From contig JAMLIO010000003.1 of the NCBI GenBank assembly GCA_023954155.1, positions 216,920 to 280,919 of the forward strand: DNA of 64,000 bases. The letters run 5' to 3'. The position numbers and the translations under genes are program-made. The stretch's first letter is position 1, and each line of letters starts with the position of its first letter. Of the stretch, positions 16,565 to 24,143 are shown piece after piece. Under the pieces are notes generated by a model. It was not told the DNA's origin and did no database searches. It was given only the letters and a program-made list of their open reading frames with translations. This DNA comes from Pseudobdellovibrionaceae bacterium. Its GTDB lineage: Bacteria > Bdellovibrionota > Bdellovibrionia > Bdellovibrionales > UBA1609.

Positions 16565-18280
16565 ATGGATTTTTCATTTGGATTTAAAAACTATAAATGC
16601 TTTGGAGAGCAAATTAATTGGATTGAGTGGAAACCTATCACTGTACTAATTGGAAAGAATAACTCTGGAAAATCTTCTATTATTGAAATAATTCAACAAC
16701 TGGTAGAAAACAAAAACTACACTCGTTTGATTGCAGAAAAGCACCACAAAAACTCAAATGGAAACGTAGCCGAACCAGAATTCTTTATTAGTCGAAAATT
16801 TGACAAACCAACATTAAGCCAAGCCTTTCCTCCAAGCGTCTCAGGCGGAGACATTGGCATGAATCATGGCAAATATGCTGATACATATGTCGGGAGTGAG
16901 TATAAATATAAGCTAATATCGAATGAGAAAGGTAATCTTTTAGAAATCCAAAAACAAGAGTCCCAAGCACAACCCTTTATGCCTGATCTAAGAACTTGGA
17001 ACAGTTATAAACTTGCAATGGAACGTAGTTTATTATCACCATTAAGACACAAAAAATTTCATTGGATAATACCTGAAAGACAAATTATATCTGAAGAAAA
17101 AACAGAGCCTCCTATCATTTACGGAACTGGCAATGGTTTAACAAATGCCATTGAAATCTTTTTGAATCACAGAAACTATGATGAAAAAACAGTCAGCAAA
17201 TACATCCTTTCAGGTCTTAATGCAATATTCAACCCAGACTATCATTTTACAAGAATTACTACAAAACACGAATCTAATAAATACGAGATCTTTCTTGAAG
17301 AAAATGGAAAGCTAATTTCTTTGAGCAATTTTGGCACAGGAATTAAAACTGTATTATTGGTTTTATCTATATTAAATTTAACCCCTATTTTAGAATGCTC
17401 TAATCCAAACGATTATGTGTACGTATTTGAGGAGCTCGAAAACAACCTGCACCCTCAACTATTAAGACGCGTTTTGAATTATATTTACACAAAAGCAAAC
17501 GAACTGTCTTTTTCTGTGATTCTTACAACTCACTCAAATGTAACTATTGATTTTTTTAGCACAAAAGAGGTTTCGCAAATACTTCATGTACAAAACAAAG
17601 AGGGGGCATATTGTGTTAATAAAGTTCAAACTTTTTTTGACAGCAAAAACGTTTTAATTGATTTGGACATCAAACCCTCTGATTTATTACAAGCTAACGG
17701 TATTATTTGGGTCGAAGGACCAAGTGACAGGATTTTACTTAATAAATGGATTTCCGAATGGGGGAAAGATTATAACTTTAATGAAGGAACGCACTATCAA
17801 ATTGTTTTCTACGGAGGAAGATTACTTAGCCATTTATCAGCTGAAGATTCAGAAGAAAATGATGATTTAATTAAAATGCTGAGAATTAATTCAAACGCAG
17901 CAATTTTGATTGATAGTGATAAAAAAATTGAATCTGACACACTCAACTCCACCAAGCAAAGAATCATTGATGAGTTTAACTCTTTTCAAGGCTTCACTTG
18001 GATAACAAAAGGTAAAGAAATCGAAAACTACTACCCTAAAGAGGTTGTGTTAAGAAAACTCTGCCTAAATGATATCCAAGACTACCATAACTTTGAACCC
18101 TTTTTTGCTAAGCTCAATACAGCTCAAGATAAACTGGGAGACAAGCTCAGTCGGCAAAAAACTAAGCTTGCAACCTCCCTTATTGAAAACTTTGATATAG
18201 ATACATGGCGCAACGTAATGGATTTAGACAAAAGAATGACCAATTTAATTTCAGAAATTAAAAAGTGGAATAATTTATAA
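16565..18280 (+). CDS. OLD-family (GajA-like) ABC-ATPase + Toprim nuclease-like protein
   Basis: Walker A GKNNSGKSS (16652-16678), Walker-B-like YVYVFEELENNLHP, and TTHS. The C-terminal Toprim signature is IIWVEGPSDRILL (from 17711) plus ILIDSDKK (DSD at 17912-17920) and GKEIENYY. ATG 16565 is preferred because AAGAGG lies 6 nt upstream. Confidence 0.7.
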   Translation: MDFSFGFKNYKCFGEQINWIEWKPITVLIGKNNSGKSSIIEIIQQLVENKNYTRLIAEKHHKNSNGNVAEPEFFISRKFDKPTLSQAFPPSVSGGDIGMNHGKYADTYVGSEYKYKLISNEKGNLLEIQKQESQAQPFMPDLRTWNSYKLAMERSLLSPLRHKKFHWIIPERQIISEEKTEPPIIYGTGNGLTNAIEIFLNHRNYDEKTVSKYILSGLNAIFNPDYHFTRITTKHESNKYEIFLEENGKLISLSNFGTGIKTVLLVLSILNLTPILECSNPNDYVYVFEELENNLHPQLLRRVLNYIYTKANELSFSVILTTHSNVTIDFFSTKEVSQILHVQNKEGAYCVNKVQTFFDSKNVLIDLDIKPSDLLQANGIIWVEGPSDRILLNKWISEWGKDYNFNEGTHYQIVFYGGRLLSHLSAEDSEENDDLIKMLRINSNAAILIDSDKKIESDTLNSTKQRIIDEFNSFQGFTWITKGKEIENYYPKEVVLRKLCLNDIQDYHNFEPFFAKLNTAQDKLGDKLSRQKTKLATSLIENFDIDTWRNVMDLDKRMTNLISEIKKWNNL

Positions 18281-18512
18281 CTGATGCATTCTTGATCTTA
18301 GCATTGTAATCAAAACTACAGTTTGTAATAAAAGTTTACTTAAACCATTTATTAAGATTTAAATACATCCTATATAAGACACAAAGCATTTTTGCGCACG
18401 ACCAATTTTATAATAATATTTTGTCAGTATTAATTATTGCCAGTTTGACCTGCTCCCCAAAAGTTGAGCCAAAAAGTATGATAAACTAGGGCTTAAAAAT
18501 GGGAGAAAGAAG

Positions 18513-18695
18513 ATGCCACGAGGAAAAAGGATAAGGGCAGAAGAAATCGTATCAAAACTTCGCCAAGCAGAAGTGATGTTAGCAAAAGGTACAGCGCTAG
18601 AGCTAGTCTGCAAACAGTTAGAAATATCACCACAAAGTTATTATAGATGGCGCAAAGAATACGGTGGCCTTGAAATCGATCAAGCTAAGAAATGA
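18513..18695 (+). pseudogene. Truncated IS3-family OrfA (HTH) fragment of a second, related IS
   Basis: The 60-aa fragment MPRGKRIRAEEIVSKLRQAEVMLAKGT...SPQSYYRWRKEYGG is paralogous to the intact OrfA at 18774. The reading frame ends exactly at the second left-end sequence (18693). Confidence 0.7.
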
Positions 18696-18773
18696 CCTCC
18701 TCCCCAAAAAGAAGGCCATGGGTATCTTTAGAAGCGTCGTGACAAGTGGTCCTTAAAGCCCTAAGGAGGATAA

Positions 18774-19040
18774 ATGAAAAAAACAAGATACACAGAAGAA
18801 CAGATCGTGCACGCCCTTCGCAGAGCCGAGTCTGGCGAACGAGCCAAGGAAGTTTGTCGTAGCCTAGGAATAACCGAGCAAACTTTTTATACATGGAAGA
18901 AGAAGTATGCAGGGTTAGGGATAAGTGAGCTACGCAAGCTAAAACAGCAAGAAGACGAGATTCGTCGTTTAAAGAACCTAGTAGCAGACCTCATGCTGGA
19001 TAAACAAATGCTCCAAGAGGTGGTTCAAAAAAAGCTCTAA
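18774..19040 (+). CDS. IS3-family transposase OrfA
   Basis: 88 aa with an HTH ([15 protein letters not shown]) and a leucine-zipper-like tail. The slippery heptamer A-AAA-AAG sits in frame at 19028-19034. Confidence 0.9.
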   Translation: MKKTRYTEEQIVHALRRAESGERAKEVCRSLGITEQTFYTWKKKYAGLGISELRKLKQQEDEIRRLKNLVADLMLDKQMLQEVVQKKL

Positions 19041-19072
19041 AACCTGCTAAGAGACGCGATCTTGGTCAGTGG

Positions 19073-19879
19073 TTGGTCAAGAATTTTCGCGTGAGCCATC
19101 GTAGAGTTTGCAGGTTATTGCGTCTGGCTCGGTCAACATATGACTATAAGAACCACCCTAGAGATGATCGTGCAGTTCGGGAAAAGATCATCAGCATAGC
19201 GCAATCAAGGCCACGTTATGGCTGTCCACGCATACATGTCTTACTTAGGCGTGAAGGCTGGAAGGTTAATCACAAAAGGGTTCATAGGATTTATAAGGAA
19301 GAGCAGTTATGGGTACGCACCAAGAAAGTTCGTCGCAGAAAATTTACAACTGAGCTAAGAGTTACACCTCCTACCCCGACCAATCTTAATCAAGTTTGGA
19401 CAATGGATTTTGTGCATGACCAGTTGATTGATGGCCGTAAGATACGGATGTTAACCATAGTTGATAAGTTGAGTCGAGAAAGCCTAGCAATTGATTCTGG
19501 GTATGGCCTTAAATCAGAACAGGTTATAGAAACACTAGAGCGTTTAAAAATTTTCAGAGGAATTCCAGAGGTTATATGTGTAGACAATGGGAGTGAATTT
19601 ACATCAAAAAAACTTGATCAGTGGGCTTATATAAATGAAGTAAAGTTACATTTTATTAGACCTGGAAAGCCTACAGAAAATGGGCACATAGAATCGTTTA
19701 ACGGTAGACTTAGGGATGAGTTTTTAAATGCAAATCTCTTTTCAAGCCTTGAGGACTTCCAAAGAAAGGCGGAAAGATGGCGTATAGAATATAACAATTG
19801 GAGACCTCATTCATCAATAGGCAACTTGACACCAAGAGAATTTGCTAGGAGAAGAATGAATAAACAGACCGCTTGTTAA
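19073..19879 (+). CDS. IS3-family transposase OrfB (DDE integrase core), expressed as OrfAB by -1 frameshift
   Basis: The -1 frame read from 19028-19034 runs [22 protein letters not shown]... straight into this ORF. The DDE residues lie in [17 protein letters not shown] and [12 protein letters not shown]. Confidence 0.9.
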   Translation: MVKNFRVSHRRVCRLLRLARSTYDYKNHPRDDRAVREKIISIAQSRPRYGCPRIHVLLRREGWKVNHKRVHRIYKEEQLWVRTKKVRRRKFTTELRVTPPTPTNLNQVWTMDFVHDQLIDGRKIRMLTIVDKLSRESLAIDSGYGLKSEQVIETLERLKIFRGIPEVICVDNGSEFTSKKLDQWAYINEVKLHFIRPGKPTENGHIESFNGRLRDEFLNANLFSSLEDFQRKAERWRIEYNNWRPHSSIGNLTPREFARRRMNKQTAC

Positions 19880-19979
19880 TGCGTTGTCACTCAGAAAGAT
19901 ACTGGCTTTGTCGATGGGGATAGATCAGCTATGCAGATAGTCTCTTAGTATTTGGCTCATACTTCGGGGGCAGGTCACC

Positions 19980-20411
19980 GACGCCTGCCCCGTAAAAGAC
20001 GAAACCTACAAAGTGGCCGAAAGGTACCAACTCGTCGTTTACGTTGTAGCCAACCAATACCTTAACGTTCCTATGAGCACTCGCATTCGTATGGAATGCG
20101 TGGAAGGGTCATTTGATGCTGCTGATGATTGGATTGTGGAAAAGATTGAGCGTGGCGATGTTTTGATCACCTCAGATATTCTTTTAGCTCAGCGATGTTT
20201 AGAAAAAGAGGTCTTTGTTCTCAACCCCAAAGGACACGAATTCACCCAAGATAATATTGGTGAAGCCATAAGTGGTCGTGAGCTAGCTGAACACCAAAGA
20301 AACTTAGGTCAGTCAGGTACTGGCCCAAGCCCCATGACTAAAGCTGACCGTTCGCAGTTTTTGTCAAAGCTAGATCAAGTAATACAAAAGGCAAAGCGTA
20401 AAAATACTTGA
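19980..20411 (+). pseudogene. yaiI: YaiI/YqxD (UPF0178/DUF188) family gene, 5'-truncated by the IS
   Basis: The frame reads DACPVKDETYKVAERYQLVVYVVAN... from the first codon after the IS right end (19977). That is the conserved family N-terminus (..VDADACPV..) missing about 7 codons and its start. The track ORF begins at an internal GTG (20013). Confidence 0.7.
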
Positions 20412-20616
20412 TGGTTGATAAAATCAGCCTCAAATCTATAAAATAGGCAGCAAATATCCAGATCAAAGTCTAGTAAAAGTCTATATTTAAGACCTAATTC
20501 ATTGAACATATAACCTATAATACTATCTTTAAAATGAGCCCAACTTCTATTAAAATAGGCCATTTATAACCTTATAATGCTTTATATTGATTTAGGTACT
20601 TAATTTAATCACAACA

Positions 20617-20717
20617 TCTAGTAAATTTACCAAATAAGTTCTAGAAAAAATAAACTCTATCTTCTAGTATATTTTTATGTTAAGTTCTAGTAAATTTTCT
20701 CGATAAGTTCTAGAAAA
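20617..20717. promoter_or_regulatory. Two 32-bp direct repeats (27/32 identical) plus a partial copy, upstream of the large Fic gene
   Basis: Copy A (20617-20648) is TCTAGTAAATTTACCAAATAAGTTCTAGAAAA. Copy B (20686-20717) is TCTAGTAAATTTTCTCGATAAGTTCTAGAAAA. A partial CTTCTAGTATATTT lies at 20661-20674. Each copy carries two TTCTAG(T/A)AAA half-sites. Copy B ends 13 nt before the GTG start. Confidence 0.6.
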
Positions 20718-20730
20718 GGGAGCCACAAAA

Positions 20731-22278
20731 GTGCCAAAGCAAAAGCCTCATGAAATTTTAGCTGAAGCTCTGACGCATGCAAAACAAGTCTCTGGAGAAA
20801 AAGGGGTGCTCAAGCACTCCGATCTTGAAAGTAAGTATATACAAGTTCTAAAAAAAGGTGGATGGCTTACCCCCATTATTAAAGGCTGGTACTTACTTAA
20901 CAAACCTGAAGACACTGGCACTTCTACAGTTTGGTATGTGGGCTTTTGGTCCTTTCTTAAGGCTTATTTAGAGGATCGCCTAGGTAAAGACGGTTACTGC
21001 CTGTCTGCTGAGGCTTCTGTCTCTCTTCATACAGCCGAAGAGCACATCCATAAACAAATTACAGTGATCACAAAAAAGAATACTAATCAAACTATAGATC
21101 TACCTTTCGGAACATCACTTCTTCTTTATACCGATACAAAAAACTTTCCACAAAGCATTCAAGATCTTAGCGGATTAAGCGTTATGCCCCTGCCACTAGC
21201 ACTATGCAGGCTATCACCCGCGTACTTTCAGACAAAACCTTTAAACGTTGAGATCGCCTTACGAAGCTTAAGCTCAGTTTCTGAAGTGTCACGAATTTTT
21301 CTTGATAATGGCCTTGTCACAAGTGCATCACGGTTAGCTGGAGCATTTGAAGCTTTGGGAGATCAAAAAGCCGCAAAACAAATTATTGATGACATGGACG
21401 CCGCTGGTTATGCCGTCGAAAGCCAAAATCCTTTTGAAAGATACACTTCTTTGTTTACTAACTCTACCAGAATACGCTCACCTTATGTTGGAAGAATTCA
21501 AGCGCTTTGGAAAAAAATGCGTCTTGATATAATAGATATCTTACCTCCGCCGCCTGGGTTGGTGCCACGTGAAAACAAAAACTTTGTCCACATCATTGAA
21601 GAACGATACATACAAGATGCATATCACTCTTTATCCATTGAAGGGTATGAAGTTAGTGAAGAGCTGATTGAAAAGATTCAATCAGGAAATTGGAGCCCTG
21701 ACTCCAACGCTAGTGATTTGAATCATAAAAATGCTATGGCCGCCAAAGGTTACTACGAATCCTTCATTCAAGTTCTTGATAGCATTAAAAAAATCTTAAG
21801 AAAAGATAAGTCTGCCAGTGAAGTTTTTTATGAAGATTTGCAAGATTGGTATCGCGCCTTATTTTCCCCAAGTGTGCAAGCAGGTATTATTAAAGCAGCA
21901 GACCTGGCAGGTTACAGAAACGCTCCCGTATATATTAAAAATGCCCGACATGTGCCACCCAGATCTGAAGCTGTAACCGATGCCATGGAAGCCCTGTTTT
22001 CTCTTATTAAAGACGAAGAGCACGAAGGTGTTAAAGCTATTCTAGGTCATTTTATTTTTGTTTATATTCATCCTTACATGGATGGTAACGGACGTATTGC
22101 AAGATTTTTAATGAACCTTATGCTGACCTCAGGTGGCTACGACTGGACCATTATTCGCACGGAAAGCAGGAATAAGTACATGGCTGCCTTAGATGCTGCA
22201 TCTTCTGATGGTGACATTAAACCCTTTGCGAAATTGGTGGCACAAGAAATGGAGCACTGGAAGGATCAGGGCAGCTAA
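20731..22278 (+). CDS. Fic-domain protein with an AbiEi-antitoxin-like N-terminal domain
   Basis: 515 aa. The Fic motif HPYMDGNGRIAR is at 22069-22104. An N-terminal-side inhibitory-helix-type motif SLSIEG ([ST]xxxE[GN]) is at 21628-21645. The first ~200 aa (VLKHSDLES..LKKGGWLTPIIKGWYLL...YCLSAEASVSLHT) follow the AbiEi_4-type wHTH antitoxin pattern. GTG start with AAGGGAG upstream. Confidence 0.75.
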   Translation: MPKQKPHEILAEALTHAKQVSGEKGVLKHSDLESKYIQVLKKGGWLTPIIKGWYLLNKPEDTGTSTVWYVGFWSFLKAYLEDRLGKDGYCLSAEASVSLHTAEEHIHKQITVITKKNTNQTIDLPFGTSLLLYTDTKNFPQSIQDLSGLSVMPLPLALCRLSPAYFQTKPLNVEIALRSLSSVSEVSRIFLDNGLVTSASRLAGAFEALGDQKAAKQIIDDMDAAGYAVESQNPFERYTSLFTNSTRIRSPYVGRIQALWKKMRLDIIDILPPPPGLVPRENKNFVHIIEERYIQDAYHSLSIEGYEVSEELIEKIQSGNWSPDSNASDLNHKNAMAAKGYYESFIQVLDSIKKILRKDKSASEVFYEDLQDWYRALFSPSVQAGIIKAADLAGYRNAPVYIKNARHVPPRSEAVTDAMEALFSLIKDEEHEGVKAILGHFIFVYIHPYMDGNGRIARFLMNLMLTSGGYDWTIIRTESRNKYMAALDAASSDGDIKPFAKLVAQEMEHWKDQGS

Positions 22279-22376
22279 AAGCTCTCTAGCTATGACATCT
22301 CTAAAGATTTGCTGTGTACAGTTTTGTGAGAGAATCGCCGCAGTAAGGAAGCTTTGTATAGATTGAACTTTTTTAA

Positions 22377-22481
22377 CAAAATTATACCTGATCAGGTATA
22401 ATTTTTTGTTTTAGGAATTTTTCGTACCCTATCGGGTATAATAACTAGACTTTTTAATTAAATTATACCCAATAGGGTATG
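22377..22481. repeat. Three copies of a hyphenated dyad TTATACC(C)-N4-6-(G)GGTATAA in a convergent intergenic region
   Basis: 22377-22404 is AAAATTATACC-TGATCA-GGTATAATTTT, followed by a T-run. 22424-22442 is GTACCC-TATC-GGGTATAAT. 22462-22481 is ATTATACCC-AATA-GGGTATGAT. Confidence 0.7.
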
Positions 22482-22520
22482 ATTTTGGTCTTTAACATTA
22501 GGAAGTGCGCGGCTGTCAAT

Positions 22521-22913
22521 CTACGGAGTAGTGTCAGCTTTCTCTATTTTCTCAAGTTCATTATCCCAACTGGCTCTGCTGGAATAAAAGATGTGCGACT
22601 TCGGTTTGAGAGTCACCTCTGAGTCTAGGCTGCCAGCAGGAACTACCAAGAGATTTCCTTGCATTTGTACGCTGGGCATTGCTGACCCGCAGTTTTGACA
22701 GAAAGCTTTAGCGTGTCTTGTCCCAGACAGATTATAGTTGCGCACCTGCTCTTCGCCCTGAACCCACTTCAATTTGGCGGCGGTTGAAAATAAGTTTGCG
22801 GCATGAGCCGATCCCGTGTCCTTTTGGCAAAAGTGGCAATGGCACAGATAGAAACTTTCAAATTCACCCATCACTTCAAATTTGATCTGCCCACATAAAC
22901 ACGAACCCTTCAT
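22521..22913 (-). CDS. GFA-family (glutathione-dependent formaldehyde-activating / CENP-V-like) zinc protein
   Basis: 130 aa with the Cys pattern MKGSCLCGQIKFEV...CHCHFCQK...CQNCG. Confidence 0.8.
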   Translation of the reverse strand: MKGSCLCGQIKFEVMGEFESFYLCHCHFCQKDTGSAHAANLFSTAAKLKWVQGEEQVRNYNLSGTRHAKAFCQNCGSAMPSVQMQGNLLVVPAGSLDSEVTLKPKSHIFYSSRASWDNELEKIEKADTTP

Positions 22914-22916
22914 TTT

Positions 22917-24128
22917 TTACCTCTGGCGAATACGTACACCTATATCAGGGTACAATATAAATAATTTCACTGTTTTAAAAAACTTAAATACAATCTTAAA
23001 CACAGAAAGTTTAATCTTTATTCCTTTTAAAAATTTGGGTGCGATATAGATGTAGATTTCATTCCACAAGTTTTGTTCGTACATATCTTTTAAAATATCC
23101 GCTCCACCTTCAACAAAGACAGAGTGGATGTTATGACCTACACGCAACTGTTTCATGGCTTCAGCAAGGTTGAGCTGTCCTTTTGAGTCACGGCCTACAA
23201 ATATTAAATTTCCAGAGAAACCCTTACACTTCTCCTGGTCTTTGAGTTCCTGGTCGGTGATTAAAAATAAATTCTGCGGAGAATGGACGCTAAAAATATT
23301 ATGTTTCGCCCTTTGCTCCAAGACTCTTAAACGGGAATCCACAATCGCCACCTTGTTGTCTTTTTGGATCTGCCCCAAGCGCACATTTAACGATGGATTA
23401 TCTTGTAAGATGGTTTTGTATCCCACTAAAGTCACATCATGGGTGGCACGCAGATGATGAGTGTGCTCTTGTGCTTTTTTTCCAGAAATCAAAAGGCGTT
23501 TATAAGGACTACCTATTACACCATTTAAACTTTGGGCCCATTTAAGAGTGATAAAGGGTCTTTGATGTTGAATGGCAAAAAAGAATTCTTTATTCAAATT
23601 TTGGCTTTCATTCACGATAGCTTGAACACGTTTTTGTGATTGAGGGTGGGTTTGCCATTCTAAAAATATCTTTTCCCATTCAGGATTCCATTCCTTGCCC
23701 ACTCTCGATGGGGAAGAGGATAAAATGTCTTCTATAAAAATGGTCTTTTGACCTGCCTGTTGTAAAATCTCAAACCCTTGTCCACACACTAAGGGGTTGG
23801 GATCTTTCACTAAGGCTATAACAGCTTCAATGGGGTACTGAGCTAATGTCTTCGCACACGAAGGGGTTTTCCCTTCATGGGCACACGGCTCGAGAGTGAC
23901 AATCACATACGCCCCTTGCAACTGCTTCATCGGGTCTTGCAGTTGCTTAAGGGCGTTCACCTCGGCATGGGCCTCACCATATTTTTCGTGAAAGCCTTCG
24001 GCAATCTTTTTACCTTGAGCATCAAGGATCACACATCCCACACAAGGGTTCGGTGAAACATACCCCAAACCTTTTTTGGAAAGGTCCACAGCCTCTTGCA
24101 GGTGCTTTATCAAATCCTGTGCATTCAA
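22917..24128 (-). CDS. ribD: Bifunctional riboflavin biosynthesis protein RibD (deaminase/reductase)
   Basis: The deaminase zinc motifs HAEVNAL and PCAHEGKTPSC are followed by a C-terminal reductase domain (TLKWAQSLNG, VEGGADIL). Confidence 0.9.
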   Translation of the reverse strand: MNAQDLIKHLQEAVDLSKKGLGYVSPNPCVGCVILDAQGKKIAEGFHEKYGEAHAEVNALKQLQDPMKQLQGAYVIVTLEPCAHEGKTPSCAKTLAQYPIEAVIALVKDPNPLVCGQGFEILQQAGQKTIFIEDILSSSPSRVGKEWNPEWEKIFLEWQTHPQSQKRVQAIVNESQNLNKEFFFAIQHQRPFITLKWAQSLNGVIGSPYKRLLISGKKAQEHTHHLRATHDVTLVGYKTILQDNPSLNVRLGQIQKDNKVAIVDSRLRVLEQRAKHNIFSVHSPQNLFLITDQELKDQEKCKGFSGNLIFVGRDSKGQLNLAEAMKQLRVGHNIHSVFVEGGADILKDMYEQNLWNEIYIYIAPKFLKGIKIKLSVFKIVFKFFKTVKLFILYPDIGVRIRQR

Positions 24129-24143
24129 ATTTTAAGGCCTTTC

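Larger units (their letters stand above)
18446..19977 (+). mobile_element. Rearranged IS3-family element (TGACCTGC... ends, IS407-group-like) with two left-end-like sequences
   Basis: The left end TGACCTGCTCCCCAAAAGTTGAGCCAAA starts at 18446. A second left-end-like TGACCTCCTCCCCAAAAAG sits at 18693. The right end, read as reverse complement, is TGACCTGCCCCCGAAGTATGAGCCAAA and ends at 19977. orfA/orfB have an A-AAA-AAG frameshift site. No flanking target-site duplication is visible. Confidence 0.85.

Noticed and set aside
24129-24143. An FMN riboswitch upstream of ribD
   Set aside because: Only 15 nt separate ribD from the upstream hmgA-like gene, which leaves no room for an RFN element.
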